Positions 37,553-50,522 of a stretch of DNA of 64,000 bases are shown here, piece by piece. The notes under the pieces are model-generated. The model was given only the letters and a program-made list of their open reading frames with translations, was not told the DNA's origin and made no database searches. Position 1 is the stretch's first letter. Every line of letters starts with the position of its first letter. Source of the stretch: Lobosporangium transversale. Its lineage: Eukaryota. The stretch lies in the NCBI RefSeq assembly GCF_002105155.1, contig NW_019028993.1, positions 620,001-684,000 on the forward strand, read 5' to 3'. The position numbers and the translations under genes were made by a program.

Positions 37553-38270
37553 GTAATGTAAACACATACCAAACTAAGATACAAACTAACATGCAAAAAT
37601 AAAAAATAAGACACAACAAAATAAATAAAAAACAATCAAGAAGGTGAATATCCGGTAATCACAGCATTAGAATAACGACAGCGAAGAGACAACATGGTAA
37701 ATGACGACCAAAAGGTGACGTGCCTATAAAGCATCTTTAAAGATAATGTTCCGCGTGTATATTCCAGGCTTATTTCTTATCTTACCGTTTATGATAAGTA
37801 CCTTTAGATTATTTGGGTTTGTACATCGTGACAAAGCAGCGTAGAGATGACCATGACTGAAAGTATCTTGGGAAAAGATAAACACCGACATGTTTGAGCA
37901 TCTGTCACTCTCCAAAAAGCTCTACCAACCATGGAGTATGCTTTCGATGAAGGGCCGATTTCGGCTGCAATCCCAGCTTCTCTTGCCTTTTCTTCTTCAA
38001 GTGTTCTTTCCTCTTATTCGTCCTTTTTCTCTTCTTTCCCCTCTTGTTCGACCAAAGCAAGCTCTGTACACTCGTTGATGGAGCTGTAGATCTTACCATA
38101 CAGCTTCTCCTCGACATCCTCTACTACCTGTTGGCTTTGTATTTGTTCCTCTTCAGCATCTATGGGTCGCACTTAAATACGTTACACAGCCTGCTGAGAT
38201 CGTCGTGCTTGGATGAAACCCGATGTTGATCCCAAGGGTGTAATAGGGAAAGCTGTGGAGCGTACGGAGC
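37319..38270 (-). mobile_element. Non-autonomous Helitron 3' portion with terminal hairpin
   Basis: PIF1-helicase C-terminus FSHGHLYAALSRC...YTRNIIFKDAL* (37724-37890). Perfect hairpin GACCGTGGC-gaa-GCCACGGTC at 37328-37348, followed on the minus strand by TCCGGCTCG|T (CTAG-like end). The 5' limit is uncertain. Confidence 0.8.
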
Positions 38271-38594
38271 ATCATTTCAAAAATGAAAAAAAAAAAAAAA
38301 AAAAAAAAAATGAATTAAGGTTCAGAGGTGTGGATTAGGAAGCTAATTATTGAAGAAGCTTCATTTTTTTTTTTTTTTTTTTGTTTCACGCCAGTCACTT
38401 CGCCTTTTTGAAGTCATCTTTTTTGGTTGTCACATAATTTTTTGTAATATTTTAATATAAGAGAAGAGAGAAGAGAGTTTTTAATATAAGAAGAAGATAC
38501 ACAAAGGCACTAACGGTATTAGTGCTCTAATGAACACCTCGTTGGCGCCTTCCAGCCCGAAGCCCGAGTCCACAGCCACTGTATCAGCCGCTGC

Positions 38595-38717
38595 CTCTGT
38601 TGCGACTAGTAGTAAATTATATGGGTTTTTTACTATAGCTAAGATTTTTACCCTTTTATATTTAACGAAGATCCCTGGATTATAATAAAGACATCTTTCT
38701 TTCGTTCTCGTTACTTA
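38595..38717. repeat. Dispersed copy of an internal segment of the hAT element
   Basis: ATGGGTTTTTTACTATAGCTAAGATTTTTACCC...CTTTCGTTCTCGTTACTTA is near-identical to ~28200-28317. Confidence 0.8.
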
Positions 38718-41704
38718 GTGTATTTCAGCCTCTAATGGGTCCCCAAAGTTCTTCTGGACCGTTGAGAACCTTAGGTACCCCTTGATATCGAGCCGCTGTA
38801 CCTCTAACGCAAAACATTGGGTGCTGCGCTTTGACGTTTCTGATAGCGCTGCTGCTCAGTGGCGGCGATACAGGGCTGGAGCGCGAGAATACTGACGTGA
38901 GGCTCCCGGCAATGGCCATGGCTACGTCCCTCTATTGACTTATGTTTTCGAAAGCCGTAAACCCGTTTCTACTGTCTCGCGTCACCTGTGCTGGGGAACG
39001 CGCTCTCGGCAACCCTTGTGAGCCAGGGCTTGAGGTCGTTGTCGAAGGTGGGTTGTTCCTTCGCCAAGGAAGCAGACCTAGGCCTTCAATCGTCTCCACG
39101 AATGCCTCCATCTCCAGGAGGTGCTTCAGTGTTGCCTGCCATACGCTCTGGAGGCTTTGATGGTGGTATAGACAGGTAATGCCAGGCAGAACGAAATGCC
39201 CCAGAGGAGCTCAAGCCTGGCACAGGGAGTAGAGAGGCATGACAGATTGCTACTCTTCTCCCCGTAAGGGCCTGGCTTGGCCTTCAGGTCCCCCGTTCCT
39301 TATCGCAGAATCATCTCACATGTAAGCCTGGCGTACTCGCCCAACTTTGTAAAATGAAATGTCAACTGGGAGAGCTACCGCTGATATGTGCAAGCAGGTG
39401 CCTCCTTACCCGCAGAAACAAGCCTAGAGTTGTAGCAATCCGGACCTCCCTGCTGTTGGTCGTCAACAAGAAGTTCATGGCGGTCCAACGTTGTTGATGG
39501 GCATTTCTCCAATAAAAAATAATAATAAAAAAAAAAAAAAAAAAAAAAAAAAGTTAGGAAGAGAGGTTTTTTTTTTTATAGTAGTGTGTTTATTTGTCAT
39601 AGAATTGTTTGGGATAAGAGCATAGTACCCATCTGTTCAGTTAAGGGTTCTGGATACATTCCGAAGCAGAAAACCCTCAGGGATCACACTTCGAGCATTG
39701 CTTGTGCTCTCCTGTCTTACACGTGAGGGGCTTCGATATGCCTTCTTGGGTCCGCTGCCGAAGCGGAGCCTACGGTTTTCTCTGAGCCATTCTAGGGCCT
39801 TCTCGGGTTTGAAGTGACGCAGTTGCGCTACGGACTGCCTGTGAGAGAAGCAGTAACATTGTCCCAGGCAGTGGGGACAATGTTGGAGCTTATTTGATTT
39901 GTATTTTTTTCACTAAATGATGGGTGAGAAATATGTGTTCATATCTTCAGTTGAGGATGAAAAAGTTTAACTGGTCATAATGACAGACAGGAAATGAAGA
40001 GAGAAAAAAAGATGTAGATCTACACATCGCACGCAAGAGACATTTATACAGTCGAGGTCAAAGTAGAGCTGCGTATCTGGCTATAGAGTAACATATCCAG
40101 GACACATATGTATGCAGTAAGTGGACATGCGTGAGTCTGATCAATGATCAAATAACACCAGAGAGAGCACGCACTTGATCGTATGACTTTTGACGGCATC
40201 CAGCGTAGGTGATCACTATGCGCTAGTACAGACATAGTCCTCAATAGTATAGTCCTTTGTCAAATACCCTCTATAAGCGCAAAAGACGGCGGGTCAGGAT
40301 GGTTTTCATCGAATGTCCTCAATAAACGCCAAAGCTTACTCTGCCAACTAAGGGACTGTATAGGGTGGTAGGGAGGACAGTCTCGGGTAAGTAAGGTAAG
40401 TACCAAGAAGTCAATGAAAGTAAAAGTAAGAAAAGAAAGCACCAAACAACAGAACACAAAAAAAAAAGTAAACGAAATACTAATAAAGAAGAGAAGTAGC
40501 AGAAAAGGTTAATAAAAGTGAGGAACAGGACAATAAAGCAAGAAAGACTACACCATTAGATGTCCGACCCTGTGTCAAAGGCACGTCCCCAGAACATTTG
40601 GACACTCTCACTTTCGAACACTCATGAAAAAAAGGCAAGAGTATAACTATATCTGTGAATGTGCTATTATTATTTGATTGATACCTGATTTACATGCTGC
40701 TTCATGGGAGAAATTCAACACTTGCACTAATTATTCTTTCATATCTTTTTACTATTATCTTTATAGCAATGAGGATGTAAACACGACCTGCCGCTACCAT
40801 ATAGTCGTTGCGTTATCAAATCATTGGTGTAGTAAAGTATGTAAATAATTCAGTCGCGGTGCGCCGCGAGAACCTATATGTATATGACGCGATAGATGGC
40901 AGGTTCTTTATTTCCTCCGCCATTGGCTTCAGGTTAGGTGTGCCGGTTCACTTTTGTATTAGGGTACACCATACCATCACTGGCTCACCAGCATTACATT
41001 GTTCAGCAGTGTAAAAAAATAAAAAAGAAAAGACTAGGTTGTAAAAAGTAAGTGTATCTCCGCTAAGGGATAAAGTGATAAGGAAAATAAAGAGAGAAAT
41101 AAAGGTAAATTTACAAGGGACACCATCAGATGTCAGAAAGTGAGAGGAGCGTGTTATGGGTAAGAACAAGGACCGAATCACTGAAAATCTAGAGCTTGAA
41201 GGTGGAATGGGAACTAACATGTGTAAAGGTAAGTTAGAAAAAGGCTGCAGGATGAAAGACCAAGGGCTTGCTTGAGCCAGACTCTTTCTTTATATTATCT
41301 ATTTGTAGACATGGCCGTGGTAGTTCCTGATGAGGCCCAGGGAGGGGGATTCGCCAATAGCTAATGAAAGGCCTTTGCACAAAGAAACTTTCTTTACTAT
41401 GGATTTACAAACATCCCGATTGGTAAAAAATAAATGAGTTAATAGAATAAAAGTTAAACAAAAGGTTAATATGCCCAGCAACAACATAGCTCCAGCGCGC
41501 CGGTGAACTTTAAGTCACCTGAAAAAAGATTGGATAACCTAGACATACACCTCAATTGCAACGTACATAAACACTCTAGCGATCAATGAGGATGTTTGCG
41601 TTGTTAAAGAGGTTGATACGGCTATTTATTGGGCTTCCCAGAGTGTATTATGTGAAGGAAAATGGGAAAAGTAAGAGCAATCATTATTATTATTATTATT
41701 ATTT

Positions 41705-41816
41705 TTAGTTGAACCATTCGAGCCATTTGAACCATTCGAACCATTCGATACTTGAACCATTCGAACTATTCGAATCGATCCAGGATAGGGCTTATTCGAA
41801 TCGAATAGGAGCACTG
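41705..41816. mobile_element. Orphan DNA-transposon end with GAACCATTC subterminal repeats
   Basis: About five GAACCATTC/GAACTATTC units plus TTCGAATCGAATAG, ending in CACTG (the same CAGTG terminus as the hAT). No partner end or TSD found. Confidence 0.45.
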
Positions 41817-43192
41817 GTGGCTCCGACCTTAGGCTGATGACGAGCCTAGCAAAACACTAGACTGACTGTGGACGACTGTGAACGAAGTCACGAGTCGCCC
41901 GTCTAATAATACCTATCACATAGATGGCCAATGTATCGATGGGAAACAAACCGGTCTTTATTGAAATGATGCTGCATGAAATACCATCGACTAGAGCATC
42001 AAAGAACATTCACAAATATTCGACGGCATTTGAGCAAGCAATAACGTATCTTTTTCATAAACAAAAAGGGTACTTAGCTCTAATCAGCTCATAATTTCAT
42101 GTGAATATACGTATATTTGAAAAGTATCTAAAAAGAGGAGTATCTGGCTTACTTATTCATTCTTCCTATTGAAAAGAACATCGAGAAACCGCAATCAATG
42201 GATTGGAAAGAAGAAATCGATCCAAATCGAGCGGGAGTGGGATACTTTTTTATCTCATCGAGGGCGACCACAGCTCATGCCCTCAGAATATACTACCAGG
42301 AAAAAATATGTCAACGCCTTCCTCTCTGCCGGTATATCCTTTTCGTTTCCTAAGAGCCATTTATATAAGCGCTGTTCATACTTGACACCAATAAAGCTCT
42401 CGTCTTCCTCTACGGTACTTCCAGCTTTGTTATTTATTGAAATAGCAACTCTTTTATTTAAGCATAGTTTTGGAGGTGTGTTTTAACCAAATTTGATCCG
42501 ATCGTATCGAAGTTCATGTCTCTAGATGCCGTGATATTAGTTTCATAGAATAACCTCTATCCCCGAAGCAGATGTGCTGAGAAAGAGCACCGAATATTCA
42601 TATGCTTTTTTATTTTATTCTTCGGTTGGCATCCCAACCGACAACACCTTGACACTGGCAAATAGTAGAAAGTTGGAGCTACCGAATGCTATGAATACTA
42701 ATAATAGTAAATAACAAAGCAAGTACTACAAAATATTCGTTAAAATCATTCTGTCATAATTAGGCTTATAGAAGTGATAGCTATTCACTTGATATTGCTT
42801 TCGGATGGCAACCACATGATCTGAAATCTACTATATGGCGCATTGGCCCTATTTCTTAGAGGAGCGAATCCTTAGATCATGAAGAAGTTGGACCATTGCT
42901 AGGCGATATCCAATGTCAATATTTTAAATGTCATATGATTATTAGCCACTCATTCGCAACATGACTACCTCGGGGATAAAGTTAATTCTGATTTGGATAC
43001 GATCGAGTCAGATCTAAAGCAAAGGATTAAAAAAAACTATATCAGTAGTGATCCAAGTGGAAAGTACAAGACGTACCAATGACGTTGAGGAAGGTTGGGG
43101 CTTTATTTGTGCCAAGCGTGGTCCATATTTCCATAGATGATCTCTAAGAAATGAAAAGAAAAAAAAAAGTCAGCAGGTAGGAAAGCATAAAC

Positions 43193-43325
43193 GAGGAAAA
43201 AGATGGTTAAGGAAAACATGCATGAGGAAAAAGATAATTAAGGAAAACGTGCACGAGGACAAAGATGGCTAAGGAAAACGTGCACGAGGAAAAAGATAAT
43301 GAGGAAAAGATGCGCAAGGAAAAAG
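43193..43325. repeat. Purine-rich minisatellite, ~31-bp unit x4
   Basis: GAGGAAAAAGATRRYTAAGGAAAACRTGCAY-like unit repeated in tandem. Confidence 0.75.
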
Positions 43326-43943
43326 AGTGTACAAGAGAAAGGCAAATAAGGAGAGACGCAAAATGTGTCCGATACTCAATGGATACATGGTCTAGGTGCT
43401 TAGGAAGTATAGTGGTTTCAAGTGTCACTGCGGCATGAACCCTATCAGTTTAGTGTGAGATCCTTGCGAGCAAGGAAGAAGGTGAGAGGCAAATATGTGG
43501 GGTCCAAGCACCGCTATTCCTCTCCACATCATCTTCAGGTTTCACCATTCTTTTATAAATATCTCTTTGTCGGCCACTTGGTCTCGCTCTCTCACTATCG
43601 ATTCTATTTGGTACTTTCATCCCTCTCTCAATCTGTAATGGTAAGAAAGTAAACTATGCTGAGTTTTACTTCAGGTGTTATTGGGAAGTTTAGGGGCTGA
43701 CTGTGAAGCCGGTCGCTCCCAGCTACAGATGGACAAAATACTTCTTGAGCACAAATAAAGAACACAATGCAAAAGACTGAACGAGAACGGTCAGTACTCC
43801 AATGGTTCTTATGCAAAAGAAGGAACAAAGAGCCAGAGTTTCTGGGTTGCTTGTAGAGAGTTAGTGGCGAGCCCTCCCACGTGACTGAAATAAAGCAAAC
43901 AATGAACTTACCAAAAAACTAGACGTATATTTCCAAACTTGCT

Positions 43944-44384
43944 ATGTCTACATCAGGAACAGCTAAAGTCTCCATCCCCACCCAGACATTTGACACATAT
44001 TGGCTATGGGCCAAGTCACCATCCAAGGACTTTGTCAGTGGTCCACGCACAGGAAAATGGATGCTCTTCTACGACAAATCCGTCCTCGATGACAAGTGGG
44101 CTGCTGTAAAAAGACTTGTTGAACAAGATTTACTGGGAGGCGTAGCAAAATGCTCCACTGCAATGGAAAATCCCAATGCAACAAGCTCAAAATCAGGTGT
44201 CATAATTGTGTATACACCAGATTATCAAGACGAAGAGGACGTGTATAGGATTGCTGCCATTTTGCATGAGAAATTGGATTACAAAAAGCCCATGTATTAC
44301 AAAACGGACGAACAGACATATGCAGGAGCATACAGGAAAACTGGATCAACAAAAAATCACATCTACCGTTATCCACCTGGCTAG
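43944..44384 (+). CDS. DUF1917/BLES03-family protein (eIF4E-like fold), compact and intronless, 146 aa
   Basis: Motifs TGKWMLF, DDKWAAV, LLGGVAKCST, VIIVYTPDYQDEEDVYRI and YKTDEQTYAGAY are characteristic of DUF1917. Confidence 0.8.
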   Translation: MSTSGTAKVSIPTQTFDTYWLWAKSPSKDFVSGPRTGKWMLFYDKSVLDDKWAAVKRLVEQDLLGGVAKCSTAMENPNATSSKSGVIIVYTPDYQDEEDVYRIAAILHEKLDYKKPMYYKTDEQTYAGAYRKTGSTKNHIYRYPPG

Positions 44385-44679
44385 ATGGCTCTACAACTTG
44401 TATATTCGGATGTTCTTCCCTTATTTCTTTATCTTCATTAAAGGGTCTATATTGAAGCATATTATAATCATGTAAGGGTTGGAGTGTTCTCTCAATGCCA
44501 ATGTCCCCTTTCATGACAATTTCAAATACAGGAAGCGATAATTGAACGATAGAGTTACTACGATCGAGTGTCCTATGTACACCCTAAATGCGGCTTCAAC
44601 TCGCCTTGGAGCTAATATTTTGTTTCCCTACAACTATAGGCCTATTTGAGTATATTTATATATCTCTATATATTAATTA

Positions 44680-45150
44680 CACGGGCTGTTCTTGCCTCGT
44701 AAAAAAAGTTGATACTTTATTTTGTGAGAGCAACGTAACAGGTTATCTTTATCGTACAAAATAAAATACAAAGTAAAATACGAAAATAAGTGCTACAACC
44801 AAGAGAAGAATATCTGGCAAAATAACGTCAGAGATGAGCTGAAAGTCAACGTGAATGGCTTGGAGATGAAGAAGCGACAAAATATCTGAAGACCAAAGAT
44901 ATTGTGACTACAAAGCACCCTTGAAGACAATGTTTCGGGTGTATATCCCAGGCTTATCTTTTACCTCCCCATTCCCGACCAGCACCTTAAGATTGTTTGG
45001 GTCAGTACACCGTGGTAAAGCGACGTAGAGATGGCCATGACTGAAGACAGCTTGAGGAAGATAAACACCGACATGCTTAAGTGTCTGTCCTTGCGACTTA
45101 TTGATAGTTATGGCGAAGGCGGACTTGACTGAAAATTGGCGTCTGCAGAA
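44680..45150 (-). mobile_element. Second Helitron helicase 3' fragment
   Basis: RRQFSVKSAFAITINKSQGQTLKHVGVYLPQAVFSHGHLYVAL...YTRNIVFKGAL*. The half hairpin GAGGCAAGAACAGCCCGTG at ~44680-44700 resembles the end of the first Helitron. Confidence 0.8.
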
Positions 45151-47350
45151 CATAACTGGAGAAGAGCGGTCATCAATCGTTGTAAGCGGTATGCGGGAAA
45201 TGAAAACACGCTCTCCTTGATATTGCCCATTGATAATCTGAATGTGTTACACCGCTCCGATTCGAATCTGCCGATCCTGATAGTGTCGTCATCAAGTCCA
45301 CTGGCATCACCAATATAGTCTATTAGTTTGACGACCTCTCTTGGGACATTATTGGTTACTCTCTCCACCTCCTTTATTACGGCATCCCTCGATGGCAAGG
45401 CACTCAAAGATAGAATCCTGCCGAAGATATTGTCCGATAAAGGCCCAACAAACTCCACCCAATTCTCGATGTCATACGAGATGTAGACTCTTTCACATGA
45501 GGCATGCGCCGTCCCTGCGAAGACAACTCGAGCGCCATTCTTATCCTGGGCCACAAAGTTAGGTGAATTAATGGGTTCAAAAGGTCAGGCTTTGACCTAT
45601 TGTCCTTGCGGAAAAGTTCGCCGTGTTCATCAATGATTACGAGAGTTTTCTTGCTCTTTTGACAAAGTATCCTGGACAAAATTATCTCGACGGCAAAAAC
45701 TATGGGATCGTCCTTAGAGTTTTCGTCCGGCACCAAGTTTTCAAGGTCTAAAGTAGTCAACAGGCCCTTATTAAGGGCAAAGAATCAGAGGCATATTTCG
45801 TTAGCTGCTACAGCCACAGCCGACTTGGCTAGTGCAGCGGCATTCGCGACATAAAGTGTTGGCCAGCCTTCTGCATACGCTTTTGCTGCAAGGAATATTG
45901 CAAGGTAGGATTTGCCGACATCCATCGGTCCAGCCAATACCCTCCTGATTGAACCATCGCTATCCGCGGAGAATTTGTTCCACAGCTCCATCATCTGTTC
46001 AGTGATAATGAACGATTTGCCCTGGAAGCCTTCCTCATAGTGTTTTAGTTATCCGCGAGGTCGTTTCTGAGCTAAAAAGAGGGAGTAATAAGGTTATTGG
46101 TTTGAAAATTGGCGTTTAAAAAATAGCAGTGGGAGTCTGAGAATGTGCACGGACCGTGGGGGCGACTTTTCAAATTCTTTTATAGAGATGAGATCCAAAG
46201 TCGCCCCCAGTCAAATGTTTTAGCCGTGATACATCTCAAAATAAAGAATCGTGTTTACTAGATTTCTATGACAAGCCTTTTTATAGGATTAAGAGCTATA
46301 TTATTACTGTATACTGTGACAAGAATTCTAAGTTGGGATGTTTCTAAACACTTTCTCTTTGAGCTCGTCGAAGCTGACATGAAGAAGATCTTTGTGCTTG
46401 TCGACTAATCCAGTGTGGTTTGGTGCACCAGAGGAACCACACATGTAAACTATTATAAATCCAGTTATTGTCTCTTCATCCTTTTTGACAACAGAATGTC
46501 CATCGTCAATTACGGCGGAATGATTACCTCCAAGTACTTCGTCCAAATAACTTTCGATTTTATTTATGTTGTCGGAACCTCTCTTAGCAAAAGCGTTCTG
46601 GAACTTCTTAGTTTGTTTCCTGTCGTGTTCTTGGAAATCACTTACGAACACCTGGATAAACATTGTGTCGAGTGTGAAATCAAAGCGAGGATAAGTCGGA
46701 TAGCAATGACTCAGTACATGTCCATAGCCATGTCTGAAAGAAGTCTTGCCTTGTTGGATTGTCCCATGATCCTTAAAGTCCATTTTAATCTCCATTAGAT
46801 CCTTGCCGCAAAGGTTTGTTGCTCTGAGAACGATTGGCTTAGTTAAAGTCAAAAACCGGACCAACAGTGTCAACTTGAAATCATCACCTACCTCTCCAAG
46901 ATTTACTTGCCTCAGGATATGCTCATGATGAGGTATGTTTGTAAACGCCTGAAAGAGTGCTTTCTAAGCTGGGAGGCACAAGACATAGTTCATGGCTCCG
47001 CCGTCCTTGTTGAGACGATAGATAAGCCCTAGGTCACGGAAATCCCATTCAAAATCACTACTCTGCGAGTTGTTGCCAAGGAAGACTGTTGCAAGCCTTT
47101 TAGCGAACTTCTTCGATGTCTCACTGCGAGTTTCGTAGTACGTCCAAACTATAGCGTGAAACGTGCTTGTTCTCTTAGCTACAAACGTATCAATGTCATT
47201 TCTTGTGAGCGCCCTTTCCTCAATTGACCGAATGAAGAGCATAAACTCTCGCGGCACACGGTGTGTAAGCCTCGTTACATCCTGGACAATATCAGGTTGA
47301 TTTAGGTATGATACTTAAAGTTGCCGCTCATTTGGATAAACTTAAGTTAG
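45150..47350 (-). pseudogene. Crinkler-like P-loop NTPase + PD-(D/E)xK nuclease gene relics, two segments
   Basis: 46040-45150 has a Walker A-like VLAGPMDVGKSYL and Walker B LVIIDEHG. 47350-46328 has VPREFM and YPTYPRFDFTLDTMFIQVFVSDF (REase-like). Multiple stops and frameshifts. Confidence 0.65.
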
Positions 47351-49220
47351 AGCATGACAATGGAGTCGGACAAAAGGATTTTCGTACTTGCCAAGAATGA
47401 AAAAAAAAAAAAAAAAAAAAAAAATCAGTAGTAAAAAAAAAAAAATGAGTAGTAAAAAAAAAAAAAATCATATATCAAGCTGTATCATCACTCATCTTTC
47501 AGCTCTCACCATTTTTCATCCCATCTCCTACCTCCAGCTTATAGAAAAACAAAACATCAAGTGGCTAGCTCTTTTATTCTTTACCTCCTTCCTGGTTTCT
47601 TTTAGAGGTATGTTGCCAAGTTTCCAGTCTGATCTAAAGATAACTGTCATTCGAAACACTCTTTTTCCTTTCCTTTTTCTTTTTTTTGTCGTCTCTAACA
47701 GCGATAGAATTAGGTCAAATCGCTAGGATATAAAGTTGTTAGCGTTCATAAATAGTCCACTAACGCGCGTTACTCCCGTACCAAATGCACTAGCTTCTTG
47801 AGGTCTAGTCCCACTAAGGTCAAAAATACTGCCATAGCTGTAGTGTATTTTGATCATGATGTGCCTTGCCTCAAATACGACATCTCAGGAGCAACAAGGG
47901 CCGTGAGGAGAACTTCCTCAGTAGTACCTGCAAAGCGCTCGAATATAACAATGACTGGGAGAGATCGACCCCCTCTCTTCATGAATTTGTAAACGTAAAC
48001 AATCATAGCTTTCGTCACTCCCGAGATATCGCAGTTATTCTTCTGCTCCGACTAATTTCGATTTGGTACAGATCAAGAGATAAAATAGTGTATGTATGGT
48101 AGCCATGTACAACTGGTGGACATAAGAAAACTTGCTCTTATCATGCGAAGCGGTTCAAGCTGTTTTCCTGACTACTATTGGGGCTCAGAAGGGGCTCTAG
48201 GCCCTTTTGGGAGAGTCTGAAGAGGAAGTTTGTAGGAGTTTGCTGTGTCCACAACCTCAATTTTTATTATTTTACCACTAACATGGAGTGCGTATATACA
48301 ACAATGCTTTATTATCATAAAAGTCGCACTTTGATTCTAGCCTGAAGTCGAATATGCTTGAGATGCGCCGCGACACACCGAATCTAGCGAAGGCCAAGTT
48401 GGGTAAAGCTTGTTATTCAAGTATAATGTAAGTGCTCCAAGAAACAAAAGCAAAACCCTACGCTCCTCATATCTGTAATAGGTTTTGGTACCCTAGAATA
48501 CTAAAGCTACTGAAACTGCTATATGAGCGGACTATGGGAGGATATGTTGAACGTGATAGTGATGACATACCTGCTGACTTTTTTCTCTGACTCCAAGTTA
48601 GGTCCAGTCGCAAAGGCTGGCATGTTTTTGGCAGGCTAAGTAAGCACATTTTCTGCCTGCCTGCCAGACTAGCGTTCACGAAGGTGCAGTCAGTAAGTAC
48701 ACTCCCCTCCCTCTTATACACTCGCTTTTCAGCAAACATCTCTAATGGTACTTGCAAAGTACTATACTAACGTCTATCCTTTTAAAATGACACTCCAGGA
48801 TCAATATCTGAACCTATCACTATCCCCAGCAAACGCAAAATGCGGGAATTTACGGTAGAGGAACCTTGGCAATCACTGATTGTAGAGGTTAACTCTCGTT
48901 GCCTATAGAGTAACTTAATGTTGCCATCCGTTCCTTCATAAATAATAAGTGAATGGCAAAAAGGACACATTTTTTTCTGGAACAGACGCCGATAATGAGC
49001 TGCACGTCTATGTTATACAGTCATGTATACTATACAATGGCTATAATCTTAGTCTTAGTCATATTATACTTCTAATATGATTACCTCTCAAGTATGAATA
49101 GGATGTACACATTTATTGATGTATTGCATGATGACACGTTGTTTGTATGAGTAATAACAAAAAAAACTATTAGAATAGGTTTTTTTTTCTGAAAGATGGT
49201 ATTCCGTTCCATATGTTGCC

Positions 49221-50480
49221 TTACTCCGTCTTGGGCTTAGCAGCTTCATCAACTTTGATGGCCTGGCCACCAGGGACAGCCATGACAAATGGTGCAGGGC
49301 GAAGAGGAGTATCGGGCATAGGTGGCAACAATGAGGCTGCGCTCTGCCTTGCCAATTGTGCCATAGTGGCGCTATTTATTTTTGAAAAAAAGTAAAATAT
49401 TGATGTGGTTAGATGAAATCGCGTAAACAGACCTACGCGTGAAATAAAAATCAAATGAATATTTTAGACTTACTCCATAATCACCAAAGCTGCCATGGCC
49501 TCAACGATGGGTGTGGCACGTGGAACCACGCAGGGATCATGGCGACCACGTGTTGCCAAGACACCATCCACACCATTGTAACTCGTTGTCTTTTGTTCTT
49601 GGCTGATGGTTGCAGGAGATTTGAAACCGATTCTGAAATAGATATTTTCACCATTCGAGATTCCTCCTTGGATCCCTCCCGAGAAATTAGTCTTGGTTCC
49701 CAAGATCTTTTGGCCCTTACGACTGACCTTTTGGACCCATGCGTCATTATGCAAATGTCCCGGTACCTGTGTGCCTCCAAATCCTGAGCCAATTTCAAAG
49801 GCCTTTGTAGCTGGGATCGATAACATTGCATGAGCAAGCTTGGCCTCCAATTTATCAAAGCATGGCTCTCCAAGTCCTGTGGGCACATTACGGATCACAC
49901 AGGTGACGGTTCCTCCGATCGAGTCATTTGCCTCCTTGGCTTCAATGATGCGCTATAAAGGTAGAAAAAAGAAAAAAGAAAAAAGAAAAACAGAGTGAGA
50001 TGATGAATCATAAGACAGAAAATATAACGAGCTCTTTTTTTTTTTTTTTTTTTTTTTTTCCTCCTTCCGCTTTATTTATATTACCTGAGTCATCTTCTTG
50101 GAAACTTCCTTATCGGGGCATCGAGTAGCTTCCTGATCGATTTGCTCTCGAGTTATTGTGTTCAACATCTCTACAAATTGTTCAGAAGGAACTCCGTTCT
50201 CGTTTTGTTCCTCAATAAAGGGCATGGCGATCTTACCGACTGATGACACGAATGCCACAATCTCAGTACCAAATGCTTCCTTTAAGAACTTTTCCGCAAC
50301 CGCTCCAGCAGCCACGCGACCTTTTTTTTTTTTTTTTTTTTTTTTTAGAATAAAAATAATAAACAAATATATAAATATATAAATAGATAAAAAAAATAAA
50401 AAAAAATAAAAAGTTGGCATTCTTCAGATCATTTTTGTTTTTGTTGGGAAATTTCTCCTTCCTTCGAACCACAAGGAAAT

Positions 50481-50522
<42 letters not shown>

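Noticed and set aside
38725..39880. GC-richer coding-like stretch
   Set aside because: All frames are interrupted and no family was recognised; probably a decayed gene or TE that I cannot name.
41830..41870. CTGATGA motif suggesting a hammerhead ribozyme
   Set aside because: No GAAA core with convincing stems II and III could be built.
43193..43325. CRISPR-like periodic repeat
   Set aside because: Contiguous degenerate units without unique spacers, in a eukaryotic context with no cas genes.
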